Below are positions 20,285 to 31,900 of a stretch of DNA of 64,000 bases, in pieces. This DNA is from Planctomycetota bacterium (GTDB taxonomy: Bacteria; Planctomycetota; UBA8108; SXIK01). The position numbers and the translations under genes are program-made. The notes beneath the pieces were generated by a model that saw only the letters and a program-made list of their open reading frames with translations, searched no databases and was not told the DNA's origin. Location: the NCBI GenBank assembly GCA_965223265.1, contig OZ244999.1, positions 4,480,001 to 4,544,000 of the forward strand. Direction: 5' to 3'. Numbering within the stretch: the first letter of the stretch is position 1; each line of letters begins with the position of its first letter.

Positions 20285-21303
20285 TCCTCCGTACCCCCGT
20301 TCGACACGGACGACATAGAAGTGCTACTACGTCGCTCGACGGCGACAGACGAACCACGCGCCAATCCGTGTGCAGAGGTCTGATTCGAGATCACGTCGTC
20401 ATACTCCCGGCGCGCTTCGCGAGAAACGACGTCAAGGCGACGTGAAGCTTCTGGCGCGTGTCGAGTTGGACGTAGTCGATCTGATTCTGACGACACACCT
20501 TTCGCAGCTCCTCTAGGTACGCGTTTAACTCCTCTAGATAGCCGCGCCTGAGCGCCCGCGGATCGGCCACGAGCTCCGGCAAAGCCTCCATGCCCTCAAA
20601 GAGCGTCATGCGCTGGAAAGGAAACGTCAGCTCCTCGTGATCGAGCACATGAAAGACCAGAACTTCATGCTCTTTGTAGCGCAAATGCTGTAGGCCGCGC
20701 GTGACGTTTTCGATACTGTCGAAACAGTCGGAGATAATCACGACCAAGCCCTTGCGCTTGATGCGGTCTGCGAACTCATTGAGGATCATTCCGAGATCGG
20801 TCTTGCCGGCTCGTGGCACCGTGTCGAGTACGTCGAGAACGTTCTGCAGCTGGCCGGGACTCGAGCTCGGAGGCACAAACTGGCGGACACGATCATCGAA
20901 CACAGCCATCCCCACCGCATCCTGTTGCCTCAAGACGAGGTAGGAGAGCGCTGCCGCAATGTACGTCGAGTACTCAAACTTCGAGATCACCGGATCGTCG
21001 CCGCGACGCCCGCCTCCCGCCTCCGGGTAAGCCATTGACTCGGAGGCATCCAGCAGGACATAGAGCTTGAGGTTCGTCTCCTCTTCGTACTGCTTGATGT
21101 AAAACCGGTCGGAACGCCCGAAGACCTTCCAATCGATATGGCGGATATCGTCGCCGGGCACATATTCGCGATGTTCTGCGAACTCGATGCTCAGGCCGTG
21201 ATAAGGGCTGCGATGAAGACCTGAGATGAAGCCCTCAACGATCAGCCGCGCCTTGAGCTCGAGACGCGAGATATTGGCCAGGACCTTCGGATCTAGATAG
21301 CGT

Positions 21304-22404
<1,101 letters not shown>

Positions 22405-22745
22405 TGTCCTGACTCCTTCTCTCTTTGGAGCACCTCACCGGAGGAATCCCTCGGCTTCCACCAGACGGGTCGCGTCGATGGTGCCAGGTCGCAGACTTCT
22501 CGCAGATCCGCGGCGATAGCCTGAGCTCCTGGCGGCGCCTGCCGCAGTCGCCACAGGCCGCCTCTCAACTCCGAGCGACTTCTCCCTGGGAAGCTGCTAA
22601 AGCCTTTCTTCACAATCAGTTTCAAATGCGGTGCCCCATCTTAGGGGGACCCTTGTGGCATTGCAATTGGCGGTTTGCGCCGCGCTGTCGGGCGCGGCTC
22701 GCACCACCCCATCATCTTGTCGGCCTTTTGGGGAGATAACACGAC

Positions 22746-22758
22746 TAAATCCTTGATT
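22746..22758 (-). promoter_or_regulatory. IHF-consensus site in the divergent moxR/guaB intergenic region
   Basis: The reverse complement AATCAAGGATTTA matches WATCAANNNNTTR exactly. Confidence 0.4.
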
Positions 22759-23105
22759 TCCGCGACCACAAACTTATCCTTAGGGCCCCCTGTAATGATC
22801 CAACTCGTAGCGATTCTCCAGGCGCTGGCTTTCTTTCAGCGCGGTGGCTTTCTTCAGCCGCGCATTTCTGAGGCTGCGCCTAGCTCAGGGGCCCAGCGGT
22901 TGCCACTGCGAGTGGCTCCCCTCTCCTCCGCCGCCTCGCAGCGCAGGGCGCCGGCTCTGCGAGCGATGGGATCAGGCCCTCGGTGGCCGAATTCATCGCG
23001 CCCCCGTGGAGAAACGCCGCCGCGGCGCGGTAGCATCTGTGGCGATCGCTGTCGCGGCGCTAGCGCGACGTGCACCGCCGGAACAAAGCATCAATGAGGA
23101 CAGCC

Positions 23106-24614
23106 ATGGACGGCGAAAGCGCGCAGGAACTATTCGGTAGTCGGCAAGGGCTCACCTACAACGACTTCATCCTGCTACCGGGCTATATCGACTTCGCGGC
23201 GGACGATGTCGATCTGTCGACGCGAATTAGCCGCAATATTACGCTCAAGGCTCCGATCGTCAGCTCGCCGATGGACACGGTCACCGAAGCGCAGCTAGCG
23301 ATCTCGCTGGCACTGCAGGGCGGGATCGGCATCGTCCACTACAACAACACGATCGAGGCGCAAGTGAAGGAAGTGCGCAAGGTCAAACGCTTCGAGAACG
23401 GGTTCATTACGGACCCGATCGTGCTCAGCCCGGACCACACCATTCGCGATATCGACCGTATTCGCGAGAAGGAAGGATTCTCTGGGATTCCGATCACCGA
23501 GGACGGAACCCTTGAGACGCCCCTCGTCGGCATCGTCACCAATCGTGACATCGATTTCGAACCCGAACGCGACCGACCGCTCGGCGAGATGATGGTGAAG
23601 GGAAACGATCTGATCACCGCCCCGGAGGGAGTCTCTCTGGCTGAAGCGAATCGCGTCCTACGACAATCCAAGAAGGGCAAACTACCAATCGTTAACAGCG
23701 AAGGGTGCCTGGTGTCCCTCGTTTCGCGCACTGATTTGAAGAAGAACCGAGACTTTCCCGAAGCCTGCAAGGATTCGAGCAAACAACTCCGAGTCGGCGC
23801 TGCTGTGTCGACGCGGACGGACGACCGTGAACGCGTCACCGAGCTCGTCAATGCCGGGGTCGACCTGATCGTGATCGACAGCGCGCAAGGCGACTCCGTG
23901 TTTCAAGCCGGGATGCTCGAGTACATCAAATCCCGGCACCCGGAGGTGGAAGTCGTCGCCGGCAACGTCGTCACGTCAGAGCAATGTGAACACTTGATCA
24001 GAGCAGGCGCTGACGGCATCCGAGTCGGCATGGGCCCTGGCTCTATCTGCACGACTCAGGAGACGATGGCCTGCGGACGTGCCCAAGCGACGGCCGTGTA
24101 TCACTGCGCACGCCTCTGCCGCGAGCACGAGATTCCGGTCATCGCCGACGGCGGCATCGCCACCACCGGCGCACTGACAAAAGCCCTGTGCTGCGGCGCC
24201 AACGCGGGCATGATGGGGTCCCTGTTCGCCGGCACTCACGAAGCACCGGGCGAGTACTTCTACAAAGACGGGGTTCGCGTTAAGAAGTATCGAGGTATGG
24301 CGTCTATGGAGGCAATGGCCAAGGGTGGCGGCAAGAGGTACTTGTATGACGACAATCACCTCACGGTAGCGCAAGGCGTCTCCGGCCTCGTCGTCGACAA
24401 GGGGTCGGTTCTCGACCTCATTCCCTACATCGTTCAAAGCCTGCGACAAAGTCTGCAAGACCTCGGGCGCCGAAGCATTCAAGAACTCCATGAAGCGGTG
24501 TTCTCGGGCGACCTACGCTATGAACGACGCAGCGCGTCGGCTCAGCGTGAGGGGTACGTGCACAGTCTAATGGCGTACGAAGAACCAGTCCTCGGCGTCA
24601 AAGAGAAACAATAA
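23106..24614 (+). CDS. guaB: IMP dehydrogenase (eukaryote-like sequence type) with a CBS pair
   Basis: [23 protein letters not shown] (catalytic Cys), [14 protein letters not shown]; RBS GAGG before ATG 23106. Confidence 0.97.
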   Translation: MDGESAQELFGSRQGLTYNDFILLPGYIDFAADDVDLSTRISRNITLKAPIVSSPMDTVTEAQLAISLALQGGIGIVHYNNTIEAQVKEVRKVKRFENGFITDPIVLSPDHTIRDIDRIREKEGFSGIPITEDGTLETPLVGIVTNRDIDFEPERDRPLGEMMVKGNDLITAPEGVSLAEANRVLRQSKKGKLPIVNSEGCLVSLVSRTDLKKNRDFPEACKDSSKQLRVGAAVSTRTDDRERVTELVNAGVDLIVIDSAQGDSVFQAGMLEYIKSRHPEVEVVAGNVVTSEQCEHLIRAGADGIRVGMGPGSICTTQETMACGRAQATAVYHCARLCREHEIPVIADGGIATTGALTKALCCGANAGMMGSLFAGTHEAPGEYFYKDGVRVKKYRGMASMEAMAKGGGKRYLYDDNHLTVAQGVSGLVVDKGSVLDLIPYIVQSLRQSLQDLGRRSIQELHEAVFSGDLRYERRSASAQREGYVHSLMAYEEPVLGVKEKQ

Positions 24615-24618
24615 GCTC

Positions 24619-26157
24619 ATGGCAGAGCTCGTCGCTATTCTTGACTTTGGGTCGCAGTACACACAACTCATCGCACGCCGCGTGCGAGAGAATCGCGTCT
24701 ATTGCGAAATCCTTCCTCACGACACCTCCGCGGCGGAGCTTGCGGCGACACCCAAGCTCAAGGGTGTCATCCTTTCGGGAGGGCCGGCGAGCGTCTACGA
24801 GCCGGACGCACCTGGCTTCGACCCCGAGATTCTCCACTTGGGCATTCCTGTTCTGGGGATCTGCTACGGCATGCAGCTCGCTTGCCGCGCTCTGGGCGGA
24901 CGCGTCCTGCGCGCCGAGCGCCACGAGTACGGTGCTGCTACGGCTGAAATGACAGACGATGCACTCTTTGCCGGAATCCACAAGTCCACGACAGTGTGGA
25001 TGAGCCATGGCGACCAAGTTGATTTCGTCGATGACTCGTTCGTCACACTAGCGACAACGGACACGTGCAAGTACGCCGCCGTCAGACATTCGGCAACAGG
25101 ATTCCTCGGCCTGCAGTTTCACCCGGAAGTAACCCACACGCCGGAAGGTAAGCGGATCCTGAACAACTTTCTGTATCAAATCTGCGCCTGCCGGGGCGAT
25201 TGGACACTCAGCAGCTTCATCGAAGAGCAAGTGACTGCGATTCGCGACAAAGTCGGCTCGGCGTCCGTTGTTTGCGGACTCTCGGGCGGCATCGACTCTT
25301 CGGTCGTCGCACTGTTGATTCACCGCGCGATCGGCAAACAACTCCACTGCATCTTCGTCGACAACGGCCTCCTGCGCGAAGGCGAGCGTGAACAGGTGAT
25401 CGTCACATTCGAAAAGCACTTCCAGCTGAACTTTCACCTTGTCGACGCCAGCGAGAGGTTCCTCGAACAGCTCAGAGATGTCACAGACCCTGAGACCAAG
25501 CGCAAGCGCATCGGCCATGCATTCGTTGATGTTTTCAAGGAGAAGGCGCAGCAGCTGCAAGATGTGCAGTTCCTGGCGCAAGGCACGCTCTATCCGGACA
25601 TCATCGAAAGCGTCTCTCCCCGCGGCGGACCTTCCGCGACGATCAAAAGCCACCACAACGTCGGCGGTCTTCCCGAAGAGCTCGGCTTCGAGCTGCTGGA
25701 GCCTCTTAAATATCTTTTCAAAGATGAAGTGCGAGCAATCGGCAGCGAGCTTGGACTCCCAGATCAAATCCTGTACCGCCAACCGTTTCCGGGTCCTGGC
25801 CTTGCAGTGCGGGTTGTCGGCGCGGTCGATGAAGAGAAACTCGCGATCCTTCGCGCCGCGGACAACGTCGTCCAAGAAGAAATCGAGAGCTTCGAATTTC
25901 ATCGCGAAATCTGGCAGTCATTCGCAGTCTTAGTGCCGGTACGCACCGTGGGAGTCATGGGTGATCGACGCACCTACGACTACGTGATTGCGCTGCGCGT
26001 CGTGGAGTCGACCGATGGCATGACAGCCAACTGGGTCTATCTACCACGCGAGCTGCTCGGTCGCATCTCGAACCGGATCGGCAATGAAGTGAACGGTGTC
26101 AACCGCGTGGTTCTAGACGTCAGCTCAAAACCACCGTCAACGATCGAGTGGGAATGA
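24619..26157 (+). CDS. guaA: GMP synthase (glutamine-hydrolysing)
   Basis: ILDFGSQYTQLIARR, GICYGMQ, QFHPEV, SGGIDS, KPPSTIEWE. Confidence 0.98.
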   Translation: MAELVAILDFGSQYTQLIARRVRENRVYCEILPHDTSAAELAATPKLKGVILSGGPASVYEPDAPGFDPEILHLGIPVLGICYGMQLACRALGGRVLRAERHEYGAATAEMTDDALFAGIHKSTTVWMSHGDQVDFVDDSFVTLATTDTCKYAAVRHSATGFLGLQFHPEVTHTPEGKRILNNFLYQICACRGDWTLSSFIEEQVTAIRDKVGSASVVCGLSGGIDSSVVALLIHRAIGKQLHCIFVDNGLLREGEREQVIVTFEKHFQLNFHLVDASERFLEQLRDVTDPETKRKRIGHAFVDVFKEKAQQLQDVQFLAQGTLYPDIIESVSPRGGPSATIKSHHNVGGLPEELGFELLEPLKYLFKDEVRAIGSELGLPDQILYRQPFPGPGLAVRVVGAVDEEKLAILRAADNVVQEEIESFEFHREIWQSFAVLVPVRTVGVMGDRRTYDYVIALRVVESTDGMTANWVYLPRELLGRISNRIGNEVNGVNRVVLDVSSKPPSTIEWE

Positions 26158-26409
26158 GTCCGGCCCGGGTTCTGCGTCAGCAATGCAGCCGCGCGAGGGC
26201 CGAAAAAACCGGCGCGGCGGCGCGGTCGTGGGATGAGGCGTCAGATGGTCGCGCGAAACGAACGACAAAGGAACAGGTTGGTCCTGTTGACAGAGTCGGA
26301 GGCAGAGACAGAGGCGGAGGCAGAGTGGCACGCAGGAAGACCAGACAGAATCGGAGCGGCGGCTATCTGGGCTCCCTGGCGGCTGTGACTCCCTCGACAC
26401 GGAAGCACC

Positions 26410-26889
26410 ATGAAAGAAATTGAAGGTCACCTCGATGCTCGCGGCCAGCGCTTCGCCCTCGTCGCCTCACGTTTCAACGACCTCATCGTTGAGAAGCTCG
26501 TTCAGGGAGCTCGGGCAATGCTCTTGAAGCTTGGCGCCCGTGATGACGACTTGACGACGTACTGGGTCCCGGGCGCGTTTGAGATTCCCCCGGTCGCCAC
26601 GCGCCTTGCCCGCGGCGGGCAGTACAGCGCCGTAATCTGCCTGGGCACAGTGATCCGCGGCGCCACGCCTCACTTTGACTACGTCGCCGGCGCGGCGGCC
26701 CGTGGGATCGCCGCAGCCTCTCAGGAGAGCCCCGTCCCTGTCGTCTTCGGAGTGTTAACGACCGAGACGATCGAGCAAGCGCTCGAGCGCGCCGGCTCGA
26801 AATCGGGAAACAAGGGCGCCGAAGCGGCAGAAACCGCGGTTGAGATGGTGCAGCTCTACCGACGGCTCGACCAGCCGCCAGGACCTTAG
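26410..26889 (+). CDS. ribH: 6,7-dimethyl-8-ribityllumazine synthase
   Basis: VASRFN, VPGAFEIP, CLGTVIRGATPHFDYV, GNKGAEAA. Confidence 0.97.
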   Translation: MKEIEGHLDARGQRFALVASRFNDLIVEKLVQGARAMLLKLGARDDDLTTYWVPGAFEIPPVATRLARGGQYSAVICLGTVIRGATPHFDYVAGAAARGIAAASQESPVPVVFGVLTTETIEQALERAGSKSGNKGAEAAETAVEMVQLYRRLDQPPGP

Positions 26890-27286
26890 CAAGAGAGAAA
26901 GTTGCTGCGTCGACGCGATCGTCGGGCGTCCGGCCCGGGCAGTCGGGCGGCAGACGCTGGTCACGGCTTCGTCGCTCCCGCGTCGCACGCCAAGCAGTTG
27001 GGCAGGGCGAGTCCCGCAGCGCTCAGACAGGCAACTTTTTCGACCGTCTGCTTGCTCTGAATGCGGCACCGATCACCGCCCGCGCGGAGCCTGGTACGCG
27101 CCCGAGGCGTGTGCTACGATGCCGCGGCTTGATAGTCCATCCAGTCGTCCCCAGCCTTTCGAGTTCGCCTCCGCTGCGGCGCGGAACCGACGGACTCGCC
27201 ATGAGGGGGCGAATGGATGGAAGAGTAGACGACCGGTGTTGCGGTCGCCGCCTGGCTGCCCCCTTAGGATTCACCTCAAGAGCACG

Positions 27287-27778
27287 ATGCGTTCGCGAAC
27301 CCAAGCACGAGAAGTCGTGCTACAGTCTCTCTACCAGTTCGATCTCCTCTCTCAGCTCGACGCCGAGCATCTCGCTACCAGCCTTGATGCGTTCGAGGAG
27401 ACGCTCCTGGCGAGCGATGTGGATAGCGCCGGGCGCGACTACGCCCGCTGGCTTCTCGCAGGCATCCTCGCGACGGTACCGCAGCTCGATCGACACATCG
27501 CTGAAGTTTCGGAGAACTGGAGGCTGCAGCGGACTGCTGCCGTCGACCGCTGCGTCCTGCGCATCGGACTCTTCGAGCTGCTCGAGTCTGAAGACGTCCC
27601 ACGAAAGGTTGCGATCAGCGAGGCCATCGAACTAGCAAAGAAGTTCTCTGCGTCCCAATCCGGCGCGTTCGTCAACGGCATCCTCGACCGACTCTCAAAC
27701 GAACTTGGGGCGAGTGCAGCGCGCGGAACGCCGCTTTCTCCATCCGTCCGGCGCGAGAAGAAGAAAGCAGAGAGCTGA
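27287..27778 (+). CDS. nusB: Transcription antitermination factor NusB
   Basis: MRSRTQAREVVLQSLYQ...NWRLQR..AVDRCVLR...VAISEAIELAKKF...FVNGILD; start trimmed from the track's longer ORF. Confidence 0.95.
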   Translation: MRSRTQAREVVLQSLYQFDLLSQLDAEHLATSLDAFEETLLASDVDSAGRDYARWLLAGILATVPQLDRHIAEVSENWRLQRTAAVDRCVLRIGLFELLESEDVPRKVAISEAIELAKKFSASQSGAFVNGILDRLSNELGASAARGTPLSPSVRREKKKAES

Positions 27779-27809
27779 CTGGGCCTCCCTCACCGGAGTG
27801 GTTGACAAC

Positions 27810-28880
27810 ATGCTGAAGAAGTGGTTCGGGAAAAAGGACGAGGAACCTTCAAAGCCGTCGGCGCCTGAGACGCAAAACGTCGGCGCCGCCGAGGAACCCA
27901 CCGGTGCGCCGACAACTGAGGTCAGCGCGGACGACAAGAGCGACGAAGCGCCAAAGAGTCGCTGGGGACGGTTTACCGCCGGCCTGGCGAAAACTCGAAA
28001 GAGCCTGCGCACACTGTTTAGCTTTCGCCGCGCCCTCGATGACGATTCGCTCGACGAAATCGAAGCCGAGCTTTACGCGACAGACTTTGGCCCCGGAGTC
28101 GTCGACTTCTTGGTCAACAGCGACGACGGCATTCGAGCGGCGTGGAAACGCGGTGAGATCAAGGAGCCGAGCGAGCTGCGTGACCACCTCAAGAAACTCC
28201 TGCGCGGTCTTCTCGAAACCCGCGACACGAACTTGCTGACCGCGCCGACGTCCCCGAGTGTCATCCTCGTGGCAGGCGTCAACGGCACCGGCAAGACGAC
28301 CTCGATCGCCAAGCTTGCGCAGCGCTTTCACCGCGACGGAAAGCGCGTCGTGCTCGCGGCCGCAGACACATTTCGCGCCGCCGCCGTGGAGCAGCTGACG
28401 ATCTGGAGCGAACGCATTGGTGTTGAGATCGTCACCGGAAGCCCGGAAGCGGATCCCGCATCGGTGGCTTTTCAGGGCGCCCGACGCGCACTCGAGACGA
28501 ACGCTGACTTTCTCATTGTCGATACCGCGGGCAGGCTCCACACGCAGAAGGGTCTCATGCGTGAGCTCGGCAAGATCCACGGCGTACTCGGCAAGCAGAT
28601 TCCTGGTGCGCCGCACGAAGCGCTCCTCGTCCTCGACGCCACGACCGGTCAAAACGCGCTCACTCAAGCTCGACTCTTTGGAGAGCAGATTCAAGTGACC
28701 GGAATCGTGCTCACCAAGCTCGACGGTACCGCCAAGGGCGGCATCGTCGTCGCCATCAACAATGAACTCGACATCCCCGTGAAGTACGTCGGGCTCGGCG
28801 AGGGAGTCGATGACCTCGCGCCCTTCGACCTAGACCGATTCGTCGACGCACTGTTCGAGTCAGAACCGACAACCGCGTGA
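27810..28880 (+). CDS. ftsY: SRP receptor FtsY
   Basis: GVNGTGKTTSIAKLA, DTFRAAAVEQL, DTAGRLH, TKLDGTAKGG. Confidence 0.97.
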   Translation: MLKKWFGKKDEEPSKPSAPETQNVGAAEEPTGAPTTEVSADDKSDEAPKSRWGRFTAGLAKTRKSLRTLFSFRRALDDDSLDEIEAELYATDFGPGVVDFLVNSDDGIRAAWKRGEIKEPSELRDHLKKLLRGLLETRDTNLLTAPTSPSVILVAGVNGTGKTTSIAKLAQRFHRDGKRVVLAAADTFRAAAVEQLTIWSERIGVEIVTGSPEADPASVAFQGARRALETNADFLIVDTAGRLHTQKGLMRELGKIHGVLGKQIPGAPHEALLVLDATTGQNALTQARLFGEQIQVTGIVLTKLDGTAKGGIVVAINNELDIPVKYVGLGEGVDDLAPFDLDRFVDALFESEPTTA

Positions 28881-28997
28881 GGCGCAGGAAGTTGCCGCCG
28901 CGTTTCTCCGCGAACCTGCAGGCGGCGAGCGCCGCCATGGATTTGCGGGGAAACGCGGCGGGATCAATGCAGATCCTTTGTCGCCCTGACTGACGCG

Positions 28998-31900
28998 TTA
29001 CGGATCGATGAACAGGCAGTCGGTGTCCGGCAGAACCGCGTAGCTGTAGCGCACTCTGACTTCGCGCAGCGACTGGGTCTCCTGCGAAAGCACATTGGTC
29101 AGGAGCGGCACGCGGAAACGCACGAACTCACGCTCTTCAAGTTCTCTAATATCCTTGACGCGCTGCCGAAACTCACCCGGGAATCCATGTCGATCGAGGC
29201 TTTCCGGCGCCCCCTCCCAGAGGACGACTGACGACGTCCCGAGCGGCAGGCCGAAGTCGTGGTAACGCACCAGACCGGCTTCCAAGTTCATCCCGACTGA
29301 GCGGACCGTCTGTCCCGGTCCAACAGCAACCTCGAACGGCAGCGAGACTCCAACGCTGCGCGCCGCGCCGATCGAAAACGATCCGCCGCTGACGCTTGGG
29401 TTGAATCCAGAGACAAACGCGTTCGAATCAACCGGGACCTCAACGCGCACGCGCCCAGGCGCGCCGTCGCCACCAACACCGCCGAAGAACGAATCGACTA
29501 GGGCGAGTTGAGCGCGGTTGAGATTCCCCTCGTAGACCGGAAGCTGCTGCGCCGTATCGAACGGCACAGACTGATTCGCGCGGCCGCCGCGAACGTCGAT
29601 CGACGCCCCCGGAGCAATCGAGATCGAATTACGCGCTTGAATAAGGACGTTGCCTCCGGCACCGCCTCCACCGTTGCCACCAAGGTCTATGCTCTGAAAG
29701 GCGTCGCCACCACGAGAGAGAATCCGTCCAGTCTCGCGCAGCAGCAAGTTCTCGGCGACCAGTCGCAGAACGCCGCCACCGCCGCCGCCGCCGGTTCCTG
29801 GCGCATGACTTGCCTTGGGCAAAGGCGACTGCACGCCGCCGAAGACAACCGACCCAGGCGGTGCAATTCCCTGCTTGTAAGACGCAGAGACCTGCGGGAA
29901 CGCACCGCCGCCTGCGCCGCCGACTCCCCCGTAGGGCCAAAAGTCGCCGCCGAAACGCAAGTTCGAGATTCCAAAGACACTGCCACCAGCACCGGAAGCT
30001 TCCGGCGCGAAGGGTGGGAAGGCGATGGCTGGACCGCTCGAGACGTTCGCGTCGCCACCTGCACTACTGTTGCCGCCACCAGCGCCACCGCCGGCGGTGG
30101 TCTCACATGGACCAGGATTATCCTCCGTGTCACACGGCTGGCCTCGGGCCGTCGCCCCACCAGTCGGACGCGTGAGCGCTGGGAACACCACAAGGTCGTC
30201 CTCGCCCGATCCGCGGCCGATCGGGACGGGAGTCTGATCCCATGCCTCCGGTACGCCGGGCGGCAAACCGCCGGGCTGGCCGGGTTGCGGCAGCGTGTTC
30301 GCCGGTGCTTTGTTGCTCAGGTCGCCATCGACGAACGTGACAAAGCCGCCGTCACCGCCAGCGCCGCCTCCTGGTCCGGGCTCACCGCCCACACCATGCT
30401 GAGGACTGGTTGGTTCTCTCGTGCTAAATCGCAAGCCACCGCCATGGCCACCGCCAACGTCGATGGTGCCAGCGATATCCGCCAGACCAGCGACCGAGAT
30501 CACCATCGGGCGCGAGCCGCGGCCGCGAAGAATCGTGTTCTCGTCGATCAGCAGCACGGTGACGTCAAGAAACGACGGATCATCGGATCTGACCTCGCGG
30601 AAGGGCTCCCCTTCGGGCGTCAGGATCACGCCAGAATCCGTGTCGAACGTCCAAATCGAAATCACTTCGCCCGTGGTGGCGTCGATCAGCGGCTCACCGG
30701 TCGCAGGGTCGAGACTGGGCAAGAATCTGATTTGCAGCTCGCCGTCCCGACCACGACCCGGCTCGATCGGATCCGAGACTTGGACGATACCACCGTCGGG
30801 GAGAACAGCCGAGTCGTCGAACGGCTCGAGTGCGCCGCGCAGCACAACGCGCGCACCAGCGTTGAAGTTCAAGGGTTCGGTGCCGTTCGCTCCCCGGCCC
30901 AACCCCTCGAGGTTGTTGCCGTTGCGGGCGAAGTAGACCATTTCTTCGGTGCCGATTTCACCGGTGAGCTCGGCGCAGTTGCCGCCTTGGTCGAGATTGA
31001 GCGTCTCGCCGATCACCACGATGCGCCCGGAAGGCGGGAAGTCGGAAGCATCGGCAAGCGCCAACATCGACCGATCCGCCGGCAAGCAGGGCTCGATCAT
31101 ATTGTCTGCACCGGCGATCCCGGCGAGTTCGGTTTCGGCCGTCAACGACGGGCATGACGGCGCCCCAAAGCTCGTCTCGATCTTGATGTAACCAGGCGCA
31201 CCGACGCCCGCTCCCGCGATGAGGTTCTGCACGACTTCAACGCGTCGATTGTTTGGAGGCCCGATCACATCGCCGGAGATACCTGGAAGTCCACCTTCAA
31301 CGTCAAGGCTGTCGCACGACATCTGGGCAGCACCGGTCACTTGGACAAGAATCGTTCCACCACTGCCACCGCCACCTGGGCCACCGCCGGCGATGCGTCC
31401 TGGTGTGTTGCCGCCCGTGGCGGGAATCTGGGCACGGTCGCCAAGTGACGATCCACCCTCACCACCGCGGGCCGTAATGAGGCCAGAATCCGTGACAACG
31501 ACGCTACCGTCGGCAACGATGTGGCAGATACCACCACCCCCACCGCCGCCTGCGCCTCCCATGACAAAGTGCCCCTCGGTTCCGAGTCGCGTGATGGTTG
31601 CGCCGCCACCGCCGCCGCCGCTTCCCGGCGTCAGCTCAACCAGCGTCGGCTCACCACGCGCCGGGCCGCCCTGGCCGCCGCGGGGAGGTTGGTACTCGAC
31701 CGGCGCCGGGGTCTGCGGATCGCCATCACCGCCGACACGGGAGTGCCCCCCGCCACCGCCAGGAGCGCCCCAAAACTTTGAGGTGCCCTGCGTAAAACCG
31801 ACTGCCGCGGTGGTCTCGCCACCGCCGCCACCTTGGAACTGGCCGTCCTCAGCGGGAAGAAGCGCCTGGACTCTTGCACTGGAGGTCGGGCTGGACAACA

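Noticed and set aside
27001-27020. CAGG...GCAGC resembling SRP RNA helix 8 near ftsY
   Set aside because: Lacks the GNRA tetraloop and the paired stem of SRP domain IV.
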